A stretch of 64,000 bases of DNA from Eledone cirrhosa. Lineage: Eukaryota. Made by a program: the position numbers and the translations under genes. The notes beneath the pieces are model-generated. The model was given only the letters and a program-made list of their open reading frames with translations, had not been told where the DNA came from and did no database searches. Location of the stretch: contig OZ024745.1 of NCBI GenBank assembly GCA_964016885.1, positions 127,100,001 to 127,164,000 on the forward strand, read 5' to 3'. The number at the start of each line of letters is the position of its first letter. Position 1 is the stretch's first letter. Shown piece by piece: positions 14,236 to 30,048 of this stretch.

Positions 14236-14295
14236 TATTTTATCTGATGAAAGCATTCTATAAATTAGTATCCTAGAAATATATATAATGAAATA
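14236..14295 (+). ncRNA. Type-I minimal hammerhead motif
   Basis: tattttat-CTGATGA-(stem II)-GAAA-tatata-TA-atgaaata; 8-bp stem I. Confidence 0.65.
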
Positions 14296-14344
14296 AATAT
14301 GATGCTATAGTGATATATTTTCCATTTATTACTATTATTATTAT

Positions 14345-14528
14345 CGGTGGATTGGCAGTATCGGTAGAGGATCGGATAACATGCTTTATGGCATAGTTAC
14401 GTCCCTTTACGATCTGAGTTCAAATCCCGCCGAGGTTGATTTTGCCTTTCATCCTTACGGGGTCGATAAAATAAAGTACCAGTAATGCACTGGGTAATTG
14501 CTGGCCTTGTGCCTAAAGTAGAAACAAG
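14345..14528 (+). mobile_element. SINE family 1
   Basis: Near full-length match. Confidence 0.85.
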
Positions 14529-15682
14529 TAAATACACACACATGATGGCTTCCTCACATGAGATCCGAAGGTAGTCAACCTTTCAAAGAAGCCATTAACA
14601 AACTCCCAAATAGATACATTAAGTTAAGGACTGAAAGTTATACCCATTAGACAAAATCAAACTGCTCTGAAATGGAAAACGATATCGGAATTCTGTCGAA
14701 AACTCAGGCTAGCCGCATTCTTCTCCGAAAACATTAACACAGAAGACGAATCACTAGTTAGAAATAGAAGTGATTTCTGCCCGAAAGAAAGGAAGGGATA
14801 AAGCATTAGACTCCTATAGTGAACACATTATGAATTTTTCCCTTTGAAAAAAAAAATGGGCTATAGTAAAACCAAATTAAATTTCTCAAATCATGGAAGA
14901 ACCTGATTGATTTACAATATCTAATCATAAGGAAGATAGGTAACCCTGCGAATCTTCAATGTTGAAGTAGAAAATATCGAGTGCGCCTTACTATTGTAGC
15001 TCTCACCTACACTATCATCTGCAAGCAGCGTTATACCCCATTTCCCCATAAGATAAAACCAAACTATTCATAATGTTATCAATATTGTTATTGACTGGCA
15101 AGAATTCTGTGAAGAACTTAAATACCATATTTTTCGGAATATAGGTCGCGCCTTTTTTTCCAAAATTTGACCCTCAAAATCTTATAAGGTGAAGGTCAGG
15201 TTTAGGATAATTACCGTATGGAAACATTTTATAATTAAAAAGTAGGAAATATTTAGACTTTTGTTTAAATTTTGGAAAGCATACCTACTTCTTCTGAAAA
15301 CATTGATTAAGAAGGGACCAATTTCGTGCAGTAAAACTGGCTAGTAAAACGAGGTATCCTCTTGATAAGTCGGCAGACCTCGCAAAGGCTCTATATCTAT
15401 ATGATGTATTGTTTTTGTTTATGCCACGAAACTACGTAGTCGAGGAATCTAGAAGCAGTTTAGGTATGATACATCTTATTACTAATTATATCTAAATGTT
15501 TCTTCTCTCTTCATAATGTACTTTTAGCTCTGATACTGGTTCAGTCTAATCCATTCGGATTGGTTTGTCCCAGTTATTCATAGAGCAACATCGGTTAAGG
15601 TTGGCACCATTAACTCAAGGATGGATGTGGATATATTCATGTATATGTGTGTGTCCGCATGTATCTGTGGGTTTCTCAATAT

Positions 15683-15713
<31 letters not shown>

Positions 15714-15714
15714 A

Positions 15715-15893
15715 ACGAAGGAGGTGTGGTAAGGAACCAGATGGACCATAACGCACCAGAGTACTCAATACATGGGGTAGTAGAGTGGGTAATAGAAAAA
15801 TGTTAAACCCCGACGGCCGAGCTCAACCCGTTTCGACGGCTATTTCTGGACTCCAGAAATAGCCCTCGAAACGGCTTGAGCTCTGGATAACCT
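15715..15893. mobile_element. Short tail-plus-hairpin element, family copy 2
   Basis: Same tail; hairpin 15819-15883 centred at 15851. Confidence 0.65.
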
Positions 15894-16564
15894 TATATAT
15901 TATATAAACATGTATATGTAAATATGTATATGCGTATATATACGTATTTGTCTGTATGCCCGAGTGTATGTGTGTGGTTAGGCGTGGGTGTGTCCATGTA
16001 ATCAACAGTTTGTCGTTTAAACATCTACAACCCCAACACGAAATCTCACTTATGTAAGTCATCTTGTGTAAGACTGCCTTCTCCCTGCCACCACCGCCGC
16101 CACCACACACTGGTCTCCACACCACTGATTAAAGCTGCTGAATACATTCTCTTGTTAGAGAGAGAGAGGGGAGGGGGATGTAGCCTGTGTGTGTGATGTA
16201 TGTATACGTGTGTATGTGAGATTGTATGTATGTATGCGTGTGTGTTTGGGGTGGGGATTGCGTGTGTGTATGTAAAAGTGCGTGTACGCGCACGTGTATA
16301 CCTATTTGTTCCGGGTGTGAAAAAACAAACAATGCACACACACACATACACACGCACATACACACACACATACACACGCACACATACACACGCACACACA
16401 TACACGCATACACACACACATACACGCATACACACACACACATACACACGCACACACACACACATTATATATATAAGTATATATATATATAATGTGTGTG
16501 TGTGTGTGTGTGTGTATGCGGGTGTGTATGTATGTGTGTGTGCGCGTGCGTGTATGTGTGTGTG

Positions 16565-16617
<53 letters not shown>

Positions 16618-16792
16618 CAGAGTATAAATATTTAATATGATAATTTCTCCCGAATGAAACAACTAATATATTTATATATATATATATATATTATATGATA
16701 CTATATACATGGTATATATATATATATAAAATATATATATATATGAAAATATGTATATATGAAAATATATATATAATATATATATATGTTTG

Positions 16793-16828
<36 letters not shown>

Positions 16829-16873
16829 GTGTGAATGGACCCACTAACAAGGCAACGATGTTAACTCATGTAG

Positions 16874-16905
<32 letters not shown>

Positions 16906-16988
16906 GCGTGTATATGTATGTATGTATATGCACGTCTGCCCGTTTGTCTGAATGTATGTGTGTATCTATCTATCTCTCTCTCTCTCTG

Positions 16989-17026
<38 letters not shown>

Positions 17027-17065
17027 CATGTATGTATGTATGTAGGTATATATGTATATATGTAC

Positions 17066-17106
<41 letters not shown>

Positions 17107-17231
17107 CATAAGTCAGTCTTACCATGCACTAGTCCCTCGCCATTGTTACTATCTATACCCAACATAAAGTGCTTCAAAACAAAAAAGTTTCCCCACCTAA
17201 TCCTTCATTCACAAAACACCAGACTTCTTTT

Positions 17232-17898
<667 letters not shown>

Positions 17899-17914
17899 AT
17901 CGTCACCACCGCCA

Positions 17915-18466
17915 CCGCCATGCTTCGTAGTATAATGCTACGGCACTTTGCGTTCAAATCCCGCCGAGGTTAGCTACGCCTTTCATCCTTACGGGGTTGA
18001 TAAAATAAAGTACCAGTAATGTATTGGGTCGATTCCCCCCCCCCAACCCCCTACCCCCTACCCCCAAAAAAGAGAAGAATTGCTGGCCTTGTGCCAAAAA
18101 CATTGTTATTACTATTATTATCAATATTTCTAAAATAAAGTACCAGTAATGCACTGGGTCGATTTAATCGACTTTCTCCTCCCCCCAAATTGCTGGCCTT
18201 GTGCCTATAGTAGAAACCATTATTAATCCCGCCGAGGTTAACTTTGCCTTTTAATCCTTACGGGGTCGATAAAATAATAATTGTTTCTACTTTTGGCACA
18301 AGGCCAGCAATTACACCAGTGCATTACTGGTACTTTATTCTATCGACCCCGGAAGGATGAAAGGCAAAGTTAACCTCGGCGGGATTTGAACTCAGATCAT
18401 ACAGGGAGGTAACTCTATGCGTCAAAGCATGGCATCCGACCCTCTACCGATACTGCCAATCCACCA
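17915..18466. mobile_element. Cluster of SINE family 1 pieces (three partial on +, one full on - at 18278-18466)
   Basis: Repeated core and tail motifs. Confidence 0.8.
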
Positions 18467-18643
18467 TATAATAATAATAATAAATTTGAAGACTAAAATC
18501 CAAAGAGGGCTCGATAAGGATAAATATATATCAAATATATAAGAACCGTAGAGCAAATATTTATTAAAATAAATATTAATATGTTATTTTAATAAATATA
18601 TATATATATATAGAGAGAGAGGGGGGATAGCGATATATATATC

Positions 18644-18688
<45 letters not shown>

Positions 18689-18707
18689 GAGGATAGCGAT
18701 ATATATA

Positions 18708-18764
<57 letters not shown>

Positions 18765-18772
18765 GAGGATAG

Positions 18773-18844
<72 letters not shown>

Positions 18845-18858
18845 GGGATAGCGATATA

Positions 18859-18948
<90 letters not shown>

Positions 18949-19837
18949 ATATATATATAGAGAGAGAGAGAGCGAGGGGGGGGGCGGAGATGAAGGGATA
19001 AAGATAGAAGAAATTAGAGAAAGAAAGTGAAAATTGCAAGTGTGGGTTTGATTGTATGAGAGGCGTTCTCAAATTCTTTGGTTTAGTTCCTAAACTGTTG
19101 GGAAATACCAGGAAGAAGATAAAATAAAATAAAAAAACGGAATACAAAGTAGAAATACTAGCAGCAGTAGCAGCATCAGAAATAACAACGACAACCACTC
19201 AACTTCGTTTATTCTTTGTTTTAAAAAAAAAGTTAGAGAGAGTGTGAGTGAGTGAAAGAGAGAAGAGAGATGAGAAAAGAAACACAAGAGTTTTGGCAAG
19301 TAACAAACACTGACTTGGAATTTTCTACTAGAACCACCAACACCAACATCAACATCAACACCTGCTGATTTTATTATTATTAATTAATTTTTATTTATTC
19401 TTATTGATTAATATTTATTATATATTATTTTTATTATTGCTGCTGCTGCTGCTGCTGCTGCTGTTGTTGCTGTTGTTTTTGTTGTTGTTGTTGTTGTTGA
19501 CTATATTTACCCATCGTTACTGTAACTATTATTTATTTCTCACTTTGAGAGAGAGATTACAACATCAGCAAGACCAGCTAACCAAAATAAACAATAAGAA
19601 CAACATAAAACCTATAACATAAAAGCAAAAACAAAAATTAAATAACGCTAACAGCAGCTACATAAAATTCTTACATGCGAGCACTAATAAGATAATTTAT
19701 AAATAGCACTAATGCTAGCAAATACTCTTAAATAATATTTTATAAATATACACACAATCATATATATATATTTATATATATAGAAACAAGGGAACTTCCT
19801 GACAAATAGTGCTGAGCGAAGCAAAGTTCTTAGGATT

Positions 19838-20129
19838 ATGGCTGAAAAAAAAGAAATTCTTCTACAATTAACACGGATAATCTGTGCACTTTTTTGCTTT
19901 CATGTGGCAACATTAAGGGATTTGGCCACGGGCTATCGGTCCGGGGATGTGATGTTAGCCGGAGGTGGTGATAAATACGAAGGCGCTGTGTTGGTTTATT
20001 CTCGTGGACACTGGAAATCCGTCTGTGGTTTGGAATGGAATGTTTACGACGCTGCTGTTGTATGTCGACAGCTCGGTTTTCGGGGAATACGACGTTATTT
20101 TCGCCACGGTAAATTTGGAGAGGGTAGTA
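19838..20129 (+). CDS. First coding exon of a secreted/membrane SRCR (scavenger receptor cysteine-rich) domain protein; LOXL2-like or DMBT1/neurotrypsin-like identity cannot be resolved
   Basis: The ATG is followed by a hydrophobic signal-like segment (IICALFCFHVA), then GDVMLAGGGDKYEGAVLVYSRGHWKSVCGLEWNVYDAAVVCRQLGF...FGEG. This matches the SRCR consensus (vRLvgG..eGrVEv...G.WgtVC...W...dA.VvCrqLG...FG.G). A consensus donor gtaagt starts at 20130 (phase 1). No downstream exon was recognised in the window. Confidence 0.85.
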
Positions 20130-20339
20130 GTAAGTATAGTATTTTGTTGTTTATATTATTATTTTTATTATTATCTTTTTATTCTCTTATTGATTTCACT
20201 AATTATGCATTATACTGCACCCATGCTGCAACACCAACTTCAAGGAATTTATTCAATTACATCGTGGTACTTATTTTATCGGTCTTTACTTGTCGATCCA
20301 CTACATTACGGGGCATAAACAAACAATAGACGTAAATGT

Positions 20340-20779
<440 letters not shown>

Positions 20780-21321
20780 GTGTGTGTCTGTGTGAAAGAG
20801 AGTGTGTGTGAGGCGGGTTTTGCACAATTTCCGTTTATCAAATGCCACTCACAAGACATTGTTTAATTGGGGATTACTGTAAAAGACACCTGCTTAAGGT
20901 GCCACACAGCGTTACTGAACCTGAAACCCTGACACTGCGGTGCCAACACTTTTAGCCAGAAAGCTATGCCAGTGTATATTTGGGGCTATTTCTTGCAGGA
21001 ATTCCTTTTTGGCTTTGAATTTGTGAGAATTCTGTGTTCGATTGGAAGCAATAGGATTGGAAGCAATAGGATTGGAGCCAATAGGATGAAACTGCATTCA
21101 ACGAAAGTAGCAAGGGCTGTGGTGAGGTTAGAGGTGGGGTGTCTCATTTTTTTTCTTTTTATCATATACATTTTTTTTTTAATTTGATTTGAGTAGTAGC
21201 CATAATAAATTAATATTTAAACTCTACTTCGGTATTGAGTACTCACTCTCATGCCCGCCAATAATATTCTTATATACATATATACATACATATACATACA
21301 TATGCATACACAACCGCACAC

Positions 21322-21357
<36 letters not shown>

Positions 21358-21707
21358 ATATATATATATATGTATACATATATATACACACACACATATA
21401 TATATATATATACACATAAGAAAAAGTAACCAGTGATGCATATATGCTCAGTGACGCATGCATAGGCACACGCACACTAGTACACACGTACACTAGTACA
21501 CACGTACACTTGTACACACGTACACTAGTACACACGCACACTAGTACACACGTACACTAGTACACACCTACACATCAACATACAGTGGTTTGTGCCATGA
21601 TATATATAGCTAAACATACACATACAAAAACCTGTCGTAAACGCACGTAAAATGAGACATACACAAACACATTGACAAATATACACACACACACAGACAT
21701 CACACAT

Positions 21708-21740
<33 letters not shown>

Positions 21741-21945
21741 GCGCGTGCATATTCGCATATTTACCACATACAGTCCTAGGTGTATACATACCAGACAAAG
21801 GGTGCGTGGGCACCCAAGTCGAATTCCCTTGGTGATACAGAACCAAACTATTACAGTATCACCAACTATCACTAAACTTACTGATTGTGGGAGGTTGTTT
21901 TCATTGATATATTAGACCAGGCATAGGCGACCCTTTTTGAATAGG

Positions 21946-22751
21946 GGGCCGCATAGGATGTGGCTCTAGAGCAGTGGGCCGCATAGGATGTGGCTCTGGA
22001 GCAGTGGGCCGCATAGGATGTGGCTCTAAAGCAGTGGGCCGCATAGGATGTGGCTCTAGAGCAGTGGGCCGCATAGGATGTGGCTCTAGAGCAGTGGGCC
22101 GCATAGGATGTGGCTCTAGAGCAGTGGGCCGCATAGGATGTGGCTCTAAAGCAGTGGGCCGCATAGGATGTGGCTCTAGAGCAGTGGGCCGCATAGGATG
22201 TGGCTCTAGAGCAGTGGGCCGCATAGGATGTGGCTCTAGAGCAGTGGGCCGCATAGGATGTGGCTCTGGAGCAGTGGGCCGCATAGGATGTGTGGCTCTA
22301 GAGCAGTGGGCCGCATAGGATGTGGCTCTAGAGCAGTGGGCCGCATAGGATGTGGCTCTGGAGCAGTGGGCCGCATAGGATGTGGCTCTGGAGCAGTGGG
22401 CCGCATAGGATGTGGCTCTGGAGCAGTGGGCCGCATAGGATGTGGCTCTGGAGCAGTGGGCCGCATAGGATGTGTGGCTCTAGAGCAGTGGGCCGCATAG
22501 GATGTGGCTCTGGAGCAGTGGGCCGCATAGGATGTGGCTCTAAAGCAGTGGGCCGCATAGGATGTGGCTCTAAAGCAGTGGGCCGCATAGGATGTGTGGC
22601 TCTAGAGCAGTGGGCCGCATAGGATGTGGCTCTGGAGCAGTGGGCCGCATAGGATGTGGCTCTAAAGCAGTGGGCCGCATAGGATGTGGCTCTAGAGCAG
22701 TGGGCCGCATAGGATGTGTGGCTCTAGAGCAGTGGGCCGCATAGGATGTGG
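21946..22751. repeat. GC-rich 30-bp minisatellite (gggccgcataggatgtggctctagagcagt), ~26 units
   Basis: Direct reading; occasional 32-bp units. Confidence 0.95.
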
Positions 22752-23022
22752 TTCATCTATAAGGCGGGCCGCACTACTAAAAGAAAATTCAAGACAATTT
22801 TGAAATAAGGCATGCCATTCAGAAAACCTCGCGTAACGCAGTTTGCCCATGACTATATTAGACATTTCACAGTTACACACATACACTCACTCGTATACAC
22901 GCATACACACACACACGCGCGGACGCACACACACACACACACACGATTGTATTAGACATTTCACAATTACACACATACACTCACACATATATACACGCGC
23001 ACATGAACACACACACATGCAA

Positions 23023-23078
<56 letters not shown>

Positions 23079-24761
23079 CTATACCTACCACCTATAGTCT
23101 ACTTGCAGTAATTCGATATTTTATTAAAAGTGACAGGGTCCCAAGTAAATAGCCTGGCTGTGGGGGGTGGATTAAACTTGCATGATGAGGTCCTTTAAAT
23201 ATTGTGGGACCCAATCACACAGCGCCCCTCGCCCCTTGTCCGTCACTTTGAGGCTATCTTCTCTAAACAGCGTGGTATATACAAATACACACTCAGACAC
23301 ACACACTCACACACACACACATAGCACATCACGTAACACACACTCACACACACACACATAGCACATCACGTAACACACACGCACACACACACACGCTCAC
23401 ACACACACTCTCTCTCTCACACACACACACAAACACAGACACAAACACGTACACACACACACACCACATCACGTAACAGACACGCACGCACTCACACACA
23501 CACACACACACAGATACACACAACACATAACACACATGCACTTACACACACACACACACACACACAACACACACACTCTCTCACACACACACAACACACA
23601 CACACAAACACAAACTTATACATTCTCTCACTCACACACATACCACAACACAACACACACCCACGTACCACAACACATAACACACATACACACACACCAC
23701 ACAACACACATACACACACACTCACTCACACACATACACACACACACATACAAGCACATACCACCCACAACACCCACCCACACACACACACACCACATCA
23801 CATAACACACATACACACACACCACACATACCACACACAACACACGTACACACACACACACACACCACATCACATAACACACACACTCACACACACACAT
23901 ACCACACACAACACACACACAGAGTCAACTACAGGCCTACATTCCGACGCATTCAAACAGCCAGTGCTGACAGAAACACAGATATACACACTCAGCACAA
24001 AACATGCACCAACACACTTAAATACTACACACAAGGTCGAGAGAAAGCGAGGTGGGGGTGGGGGTGAGAAAGTGGGGTGGGGGGTGAAAGCGAGAGGGTG
24101 AGAAAGAGAGGGGGTGAGAAAGCAAGGGGAGAAGAGAAAGCAAGGTGGGGTGGTGGGTGAGAAAGCGGGGGTTGGGTGAGAAAGCGGGGGTTGGGTGAGA
24201 AAGCGGGGGGGGGTGATAAAGCGATGGGGAGAGAAGGAGAGTGAAAGTGGGGGGGGGGGGGGGAGAAAGCGAGGGAGAAAGAAAGAGAGTAAAAGGAAGA
24301 AAGCAAGGCGAGAGAGAGAGAAAGTCAAGAGGAGAGGATATATATAGAGAGAGAGAAAGTGAGAAAGTGAGGGGGGGGGGGGGGGGGGGGGTAAAAGCGA
24401 GAGCGCGAGGGAAAGAGAGAAAGCGAAGGGGTAGGAGAGAGAGAGAGAGAGAGATAAAGAGAGAGAGATAGAGAGATAGAACAAGCGTGTGAAAGCGAGT
24501 AATAACTGGTGTTGGAATCAAAGTGAGAGCTACAGACTGAAACACAGTTACACGTGTACAGCGCTAGTATTTACATAGACACGTGCGTATGCACGGGTTA
24601 ATACATATATGCATAATTGTTATGCTTGTGTAAAGTTATGTATGTATAAATATATATTGTAGGAGTATCAAAATATTATATATATATATATATATAATAA
24701 ATCACTGCCAATACTGGAATTCAATAATCAAAACCGTAGCGGTATGTCACATATCAAATCT

Positions 24762-24828
24762 TATATTTTGTCTGATGAAAACGTACTTAAACACCATCGT
24801 ACCTTTGAAATATGTATAATAAAATATA
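24762..24828 (+). ncRNA. Type-I minimal hammerhead motif
   Basis: tatattttgt-CTGATGA-aaacgtac...gtaccttt-GAAA-tatgta-TA-ataaaatata; 10-bp stem I. Confidence 0.75.
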
Positions 24829-24929
24829 TATTTTAATATGAGAATATTTTTCATTTATTAACATTTTGAAGAATATATATATATAGAGATTTTTTCAAAT
24901 CCATATTTAATAAAAACACCATGTTATTT

Positions 24930-25129
24930 NNNNNNNNNNNNNNNNNNNNNNNNNNNNNNNNNNNNNNNNNNNNNNNNNNNNNNNNNNNNNNNNNNNNNNN
25001 NNNNNNNNNNNNNNNNNNNNNNNNNNNNNNNNNNNNNNNNNNNNNNNNNNNNNNNNNNNNNNNNNNNNNNNNNNNNNNNNNNNNNNNNNNNNNNNNNNNN
25101 NNNNNNNNNNNNNNNNNNNNNNNNNNNNN
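24930..25129. other. Assembly gap (200 N)
   Basis: Run of N. Confidence 1.
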
Positions 25130-25139
25130 ATGTTATTTA

Positions 25140-25201
25140 TTCATTCTGACGACTGAAGACAGATATAAATATCTGCCTTCAAGAAACCACTGGTAAATGA
25201 A
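25140..25201 (+). ncRNA. Type-I hammerhead motif (canonical core)
   Basis: ttcatt-CTGACGA-ctgaagacagat...atctgccttcaa-GAAAC-cactg-GTA-aatgaa. Confidence 0.8.
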
Positions 25202-25216
25202 ATAATTATCCTATGT

Positions 25217-25258
<42 letters not shown>

Positions 25259-25381
25259 CGAAACATAAGTCAATTGCATGAACTCATAACCCTTTATTTA
25301 CTGCTTATATATATATATATAGGAAAAAGTATATATATATACGATATTAACAAATGGAAACTATATTTATAAAACCATATT

Positions 25382-25446
25382 TATTTCATTATACATATTT
25401 CAAGGACACCAAGTTAAATTATGGTGTGCTTTCATCAGATAAAATA
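25382..25446 (-). ncRNA. Type-I minimal hammerhead motif
   Basis: tattttat-CTGATGA-aagcacacca...tggtgtcctt-GAAA-tatgta-TA-atgaaata. Confidence 0.75.
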
Positions 25447-25634
25447 TAATATAGATCAGTTTTATAAATAAATATTGACATACCCTTAAAGAATGCGACC
25501 ATTTCTGTTGGAAGCTCCCGGATGGTGGAGTTGAAGCTTAATTATATTATTATTAGTATTGGATATTTTTATTTTTAAAATAAGCCGTTGGGTTACGGAG
25601 AAAGAGAAAGATAAAGAAGGAGAGAGAGAGAGAA

Positions 25635-25705
<71 letters not shown>

Positions 25706-27458
25706 AAAGAGAGAGAGAGAGAGACCAAAACAACAGAGAGAGAAAGATATATAGAGAGAGAGGAGACAGAGAGAAGGGGAGAGAACGAAAAACTCTAAGT
25801 CATATCTTCTTGAGTTAACAATTGGGATGAAATGAATAAATAAAATGAATGAAATATACATATAAATAAAATGAATGAAATATACATATATAATATGAGA
25901 AATTGACCATTGTTTAAATATGATTAGATGTTTAGTTAATCATTTAAAAATTGAGATCAATATATTAAAAATTGGGATCTATATATTAAGAAATCCATAT
26001 ATTACTAGAGAACTACATATCATATAACACGTATACACACGCAAAAATACATATAAATATATATAGAATACATATACATATCTAACTACGTATATAATAT
26101 ATACACACAAAACATAAAGGATTCTTTAATTTAATTTAAGATATAGGAAACTTATAAAATGTTATAATTGTTAAGATATTAAAGGAAATTTTATGTTTTA
26201 CACACGTTATGTTATTAAATAAATTTTTTTTTATATAAGTTTTATAAGATTACCTGTTATGTAATTATGGCTGTTATTATATGTCTATCTGTCACGAATC
26301 TTGGGATAATCACTATACATAAGTACAATCAGATTGTATGGATATACACACATATGTATATACACAATTCCCACATATACATATATATATATGTACCCTC
26401 AACCAATAGGTAGATACGCATCACGTATACATACAGATAGACATACATTCATAAAAACGCATAAAACATATGCACATGTATGTCAATACACACATATACA
26501 TATATACTCACATATAGAGATAAGTATATATAAATAGAGTACATAGTATAATTGAGTACATAAAATACAAAAGAATTATATTACAATTTGGAAATATAAT
26601 TATAAGCAATATAACTTTAAAAACAATACAATTTTAAAATATTATAGAATATTTTAAGTTATAATTTCAAAATAATAGTATGTTTAATAGATTTAGTATA
26701 GAAATTTATTTTACGTATATTTAACTTAAAATTTTGAAAGGATAAACTTTCGAAAATGAGGTAACCCAAATATCTAAATATTACAACTGGCTAAATGTAA
26801 TATTTAAAACAATAAAGAAGTGGAATTGAAATTGCGACAAATCTTAACTTTATGATATAAGATCTGTAAACATCGTAGTGTTAAGAATGCTGAAGATTGT
26901 CAGGATAGCACCTCAGGATGAACAATGGTTTGTTTTGGCTTTATCACTAGGGCTTGGATATAAACATTTAGGTGGGGGTTGGGTTCAGCTCTTGAGCTTC
27001 TTACGTAATACTGGCCACGAGCAAAGCAGGATAATTTCTCAATGGGGCATAAATATAGATATTTAGATGGGGGGGGGGAGCTCCAACTGTTGAGCACCCT
27101 ACATGATATTGGCTACAAGCAGAGTAGGATAATTGCTTAGTGGGGCATGAATATAGCTATTTAGATGTGTGTGTGGGTAGAAGCGAGGTAACTCTTGAGC
27201 ATCCTATGTAATATTGGTCATGAGCAAAGCGGGATAATTTCTCAATGGGACATGAATATAGATTTTTAGATGTGTGTGGGAGGAAGGGCTTCAGCTGTCC
27301 AGCATCCTATGTAATATTGGCCACGAGCAAAGTAGGATTAATGAATCCAATATTAACCATGTCTTCCATAATTAGGGTACACGTGGCTTGAACTTACGAT
27401 CAGCTGAGTATTAACAAGTCACACTACCTGACCGACCTAAATACCCTGTTACTGGTGT

Positions 27459-27536
<78 letters not shown>

Positions 27537-27643
27537 GTGTGCGTATTAATACAAAGACAACATTCCATCGAATTGAAAGTAGGCTGTGATATGATGTATA
27601 CACTGAGGTAAGATATTTGACGACTAAAAAATGCTCTATTTTT

Positions 27644-29094
27644 ATATAGTCATTCATAAACCTGCATTGAAGGCAGACTGTGATAGGATGTCATATAGTC
27701 ACTTATAAACCTGCATTGAAGGTAGACTGTGATATGATGTCATATAGTCACTTATAGACCTGCATTGAAGGTAGACTGTGATATGATGTCATATAGTCAC
27801 TTATAAACCTGCATTGAAGGTAGACTGTGATATGATGTCATATAGTCACTTATAGACCTGCATTGAAGGTAGGTAGACTGTGATATGATGTCATATAGTC
27901 ACTTATAAACCTGCGTTGAAGGTAGACTGTGATATGATGTCATATAGTCACTTATAGACCTGCATTGAAGGTAGACTGTGATAGGATGTCATATAGTCAC
28001 TTATAGACCTGCATTGAAGGTAGACTGTGATATGATGTCATATAGTCATTCATAAACCTGCATTGAAGGCAGACTGTGATATGATGTCATATAGTCACTT
28101 ATAGACCTGCATTGAAGGTAGACTGTGATATGATGTCATATATTCACTTATAGACCTGCATTGAAGGTAGACTGTGATATGATGTCATATATTCACTTAT
28201 AGACCTGCATTGAAGGTAGACTGTGATATGATGTCATATAGTCACTTATAGACCTGCATTGAAGGTAGACTGTGATAGGATGTCATATAGTCACTTATAG
28301 ACCTGCATTGAAGGTAGACTGTGATATGATGTCATATAGTCACTTATAGACCTGCATTGAAGGTAGACTGTGATATGATGTCATATAGTCACTTATAGAC
28401 CTGCATTGAAGGTAGACTGTGATATGATGTCATATAGTCACTTATAGACCTGCATTGAAGGTAGACTGTGATATGATGTCATATAGTCACTTATAGACCT
28501 GCATTGAAGGTAGACTGTGATATGATGTCATATAGTCACTTATAGACCTGCATTGAAGGTAGACTGTGATATGATGTCATATATTCACTTATAGACCTGC
28601 ATTGAAGGTAGACTGTGATATGATGTCATATAGTCACTTATAGACCTGCATTGAAGGTAGACTGTGATATGATGTCATATAGTCACTTATAAACCTGCAT
28701 TGAAGGCAGACTGTGATATGATGTCATATAGTCACTTATAGACCTGCATTGAAGGTAGACTGTGATATGATGTCATATAGTCACTTATAGACCTGCATTG
28801 AAGGTAGACTGTGATATGATGTCATATAGTCACTTATAGACCTGCATTGAAGGTAGACTGTGATATGATGTCATATAGTCACTTATAAACCTGCATTGAA
28901 GGTAGACTGTGATATGATGTCATATAGTCACTTATAAACCTGCATTGAAGGCAGACTGTGATATGATGTCATATAGTCACTTATAGACCTGCATTGAAGG
29001 TAGACTGTGATATGATGTCATATAGTCACTTATAGACCTGCATTGAAGGTAGACTGTGATATGATGTCATATAGTCACTTATAGACCTGCATTG
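27644..29094. repeat. 49-bp minisatellite, ~30 units
   Basis: Unit ggtagactgtgatatgatgtcatatagtcacttatagacctgcattgaa. Confidence 0.95.
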
Positions 29095-30003
29095 GATGGT
29101 TTCATAAAAGAAATGATAAAAAAAACTGTGTTAACTCAGACCATATTTAATATAATGTTTATAGTAAATTTATTTCAATTCGTTATATGTATGGAGAAGA
29201 AAGTTGAGCTCAGTGGGAGTCAAACTTCATGACTAAAAATTTATGCACCTAGATAATAAAGAAAAAAAAATGAAAGAAGCAACTTGAAAGTTAATCTGTG
29301 CTGTGTGTGTGTGTGTGTGTTAGATTTATCTGAGTGCTACTAGTAACATATAATCCAGTACAACCTGCAATATGACTGGGTCGTCAGAGACAAAACAAAA
29401 CCAGTATCTTAACCAGGATAGCCTAGTGAAGAGAGCTGCTATGAACCCAGGAGGGGAAAAACAAGACCACTAGACCCCAAAAGATAGATGAACCCATAAT
29501 AAGGGCCACGAATATCTAGCAACAGTATTAGGGTAGAAATACTGGAGATGATAAATGAGTACGCTGTAAAACAACTTTGAGAGTGTTGGATTCTAGAAGA
29601 ATCTCACTCTGGTGCAAAATCTAAGAATTGCTCAGTTTCTGGTGGTCCTGCTAAACTACTGCTCGATCTAAGGATTTAATGCAGATCTATACATGCTTCG
29701 TTCAATGAAATGAATTTCACGCTGAAGAAATTTCTAGAAGCACGATCAAACAACGGATGTTTTAAAAGTAATCGTTGTCATTGATTTGACTGGTATATAA
29801 CAAGCCTCTGTGACGATGAAATACCGCCATTTCCATAGTTTCCTCGTTCGAGAGGGGGCGCACACTAGGTGTAACCTAGGCGATAACAGTGGCAATTCAC
29901 CAGTAGCATATGAGGCTGCTTCCTCCGTTGCTGCTGTTCCTTAAGAAACGCCATCGGTGTCTAAGAAGTGGTCGTTCTCAGACCCGATTTGACTTTCACC
30001 ATA

Positions 30004-30048
<45 letters not shown>

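Noticed and set aside
21901-22886. CRISPR-like or repeat-protein reading of the 30-bp array
   Set aside because: Head-to-tail units without spacers, eukaryotic context, no cas genes.
29772-29850. Possible fifth rearranged hammerhead (ggtat-a...gacgat-GAA-atacc)
   Set aside because: No stem I partner or CUGANGA downstream, and spacings differ.
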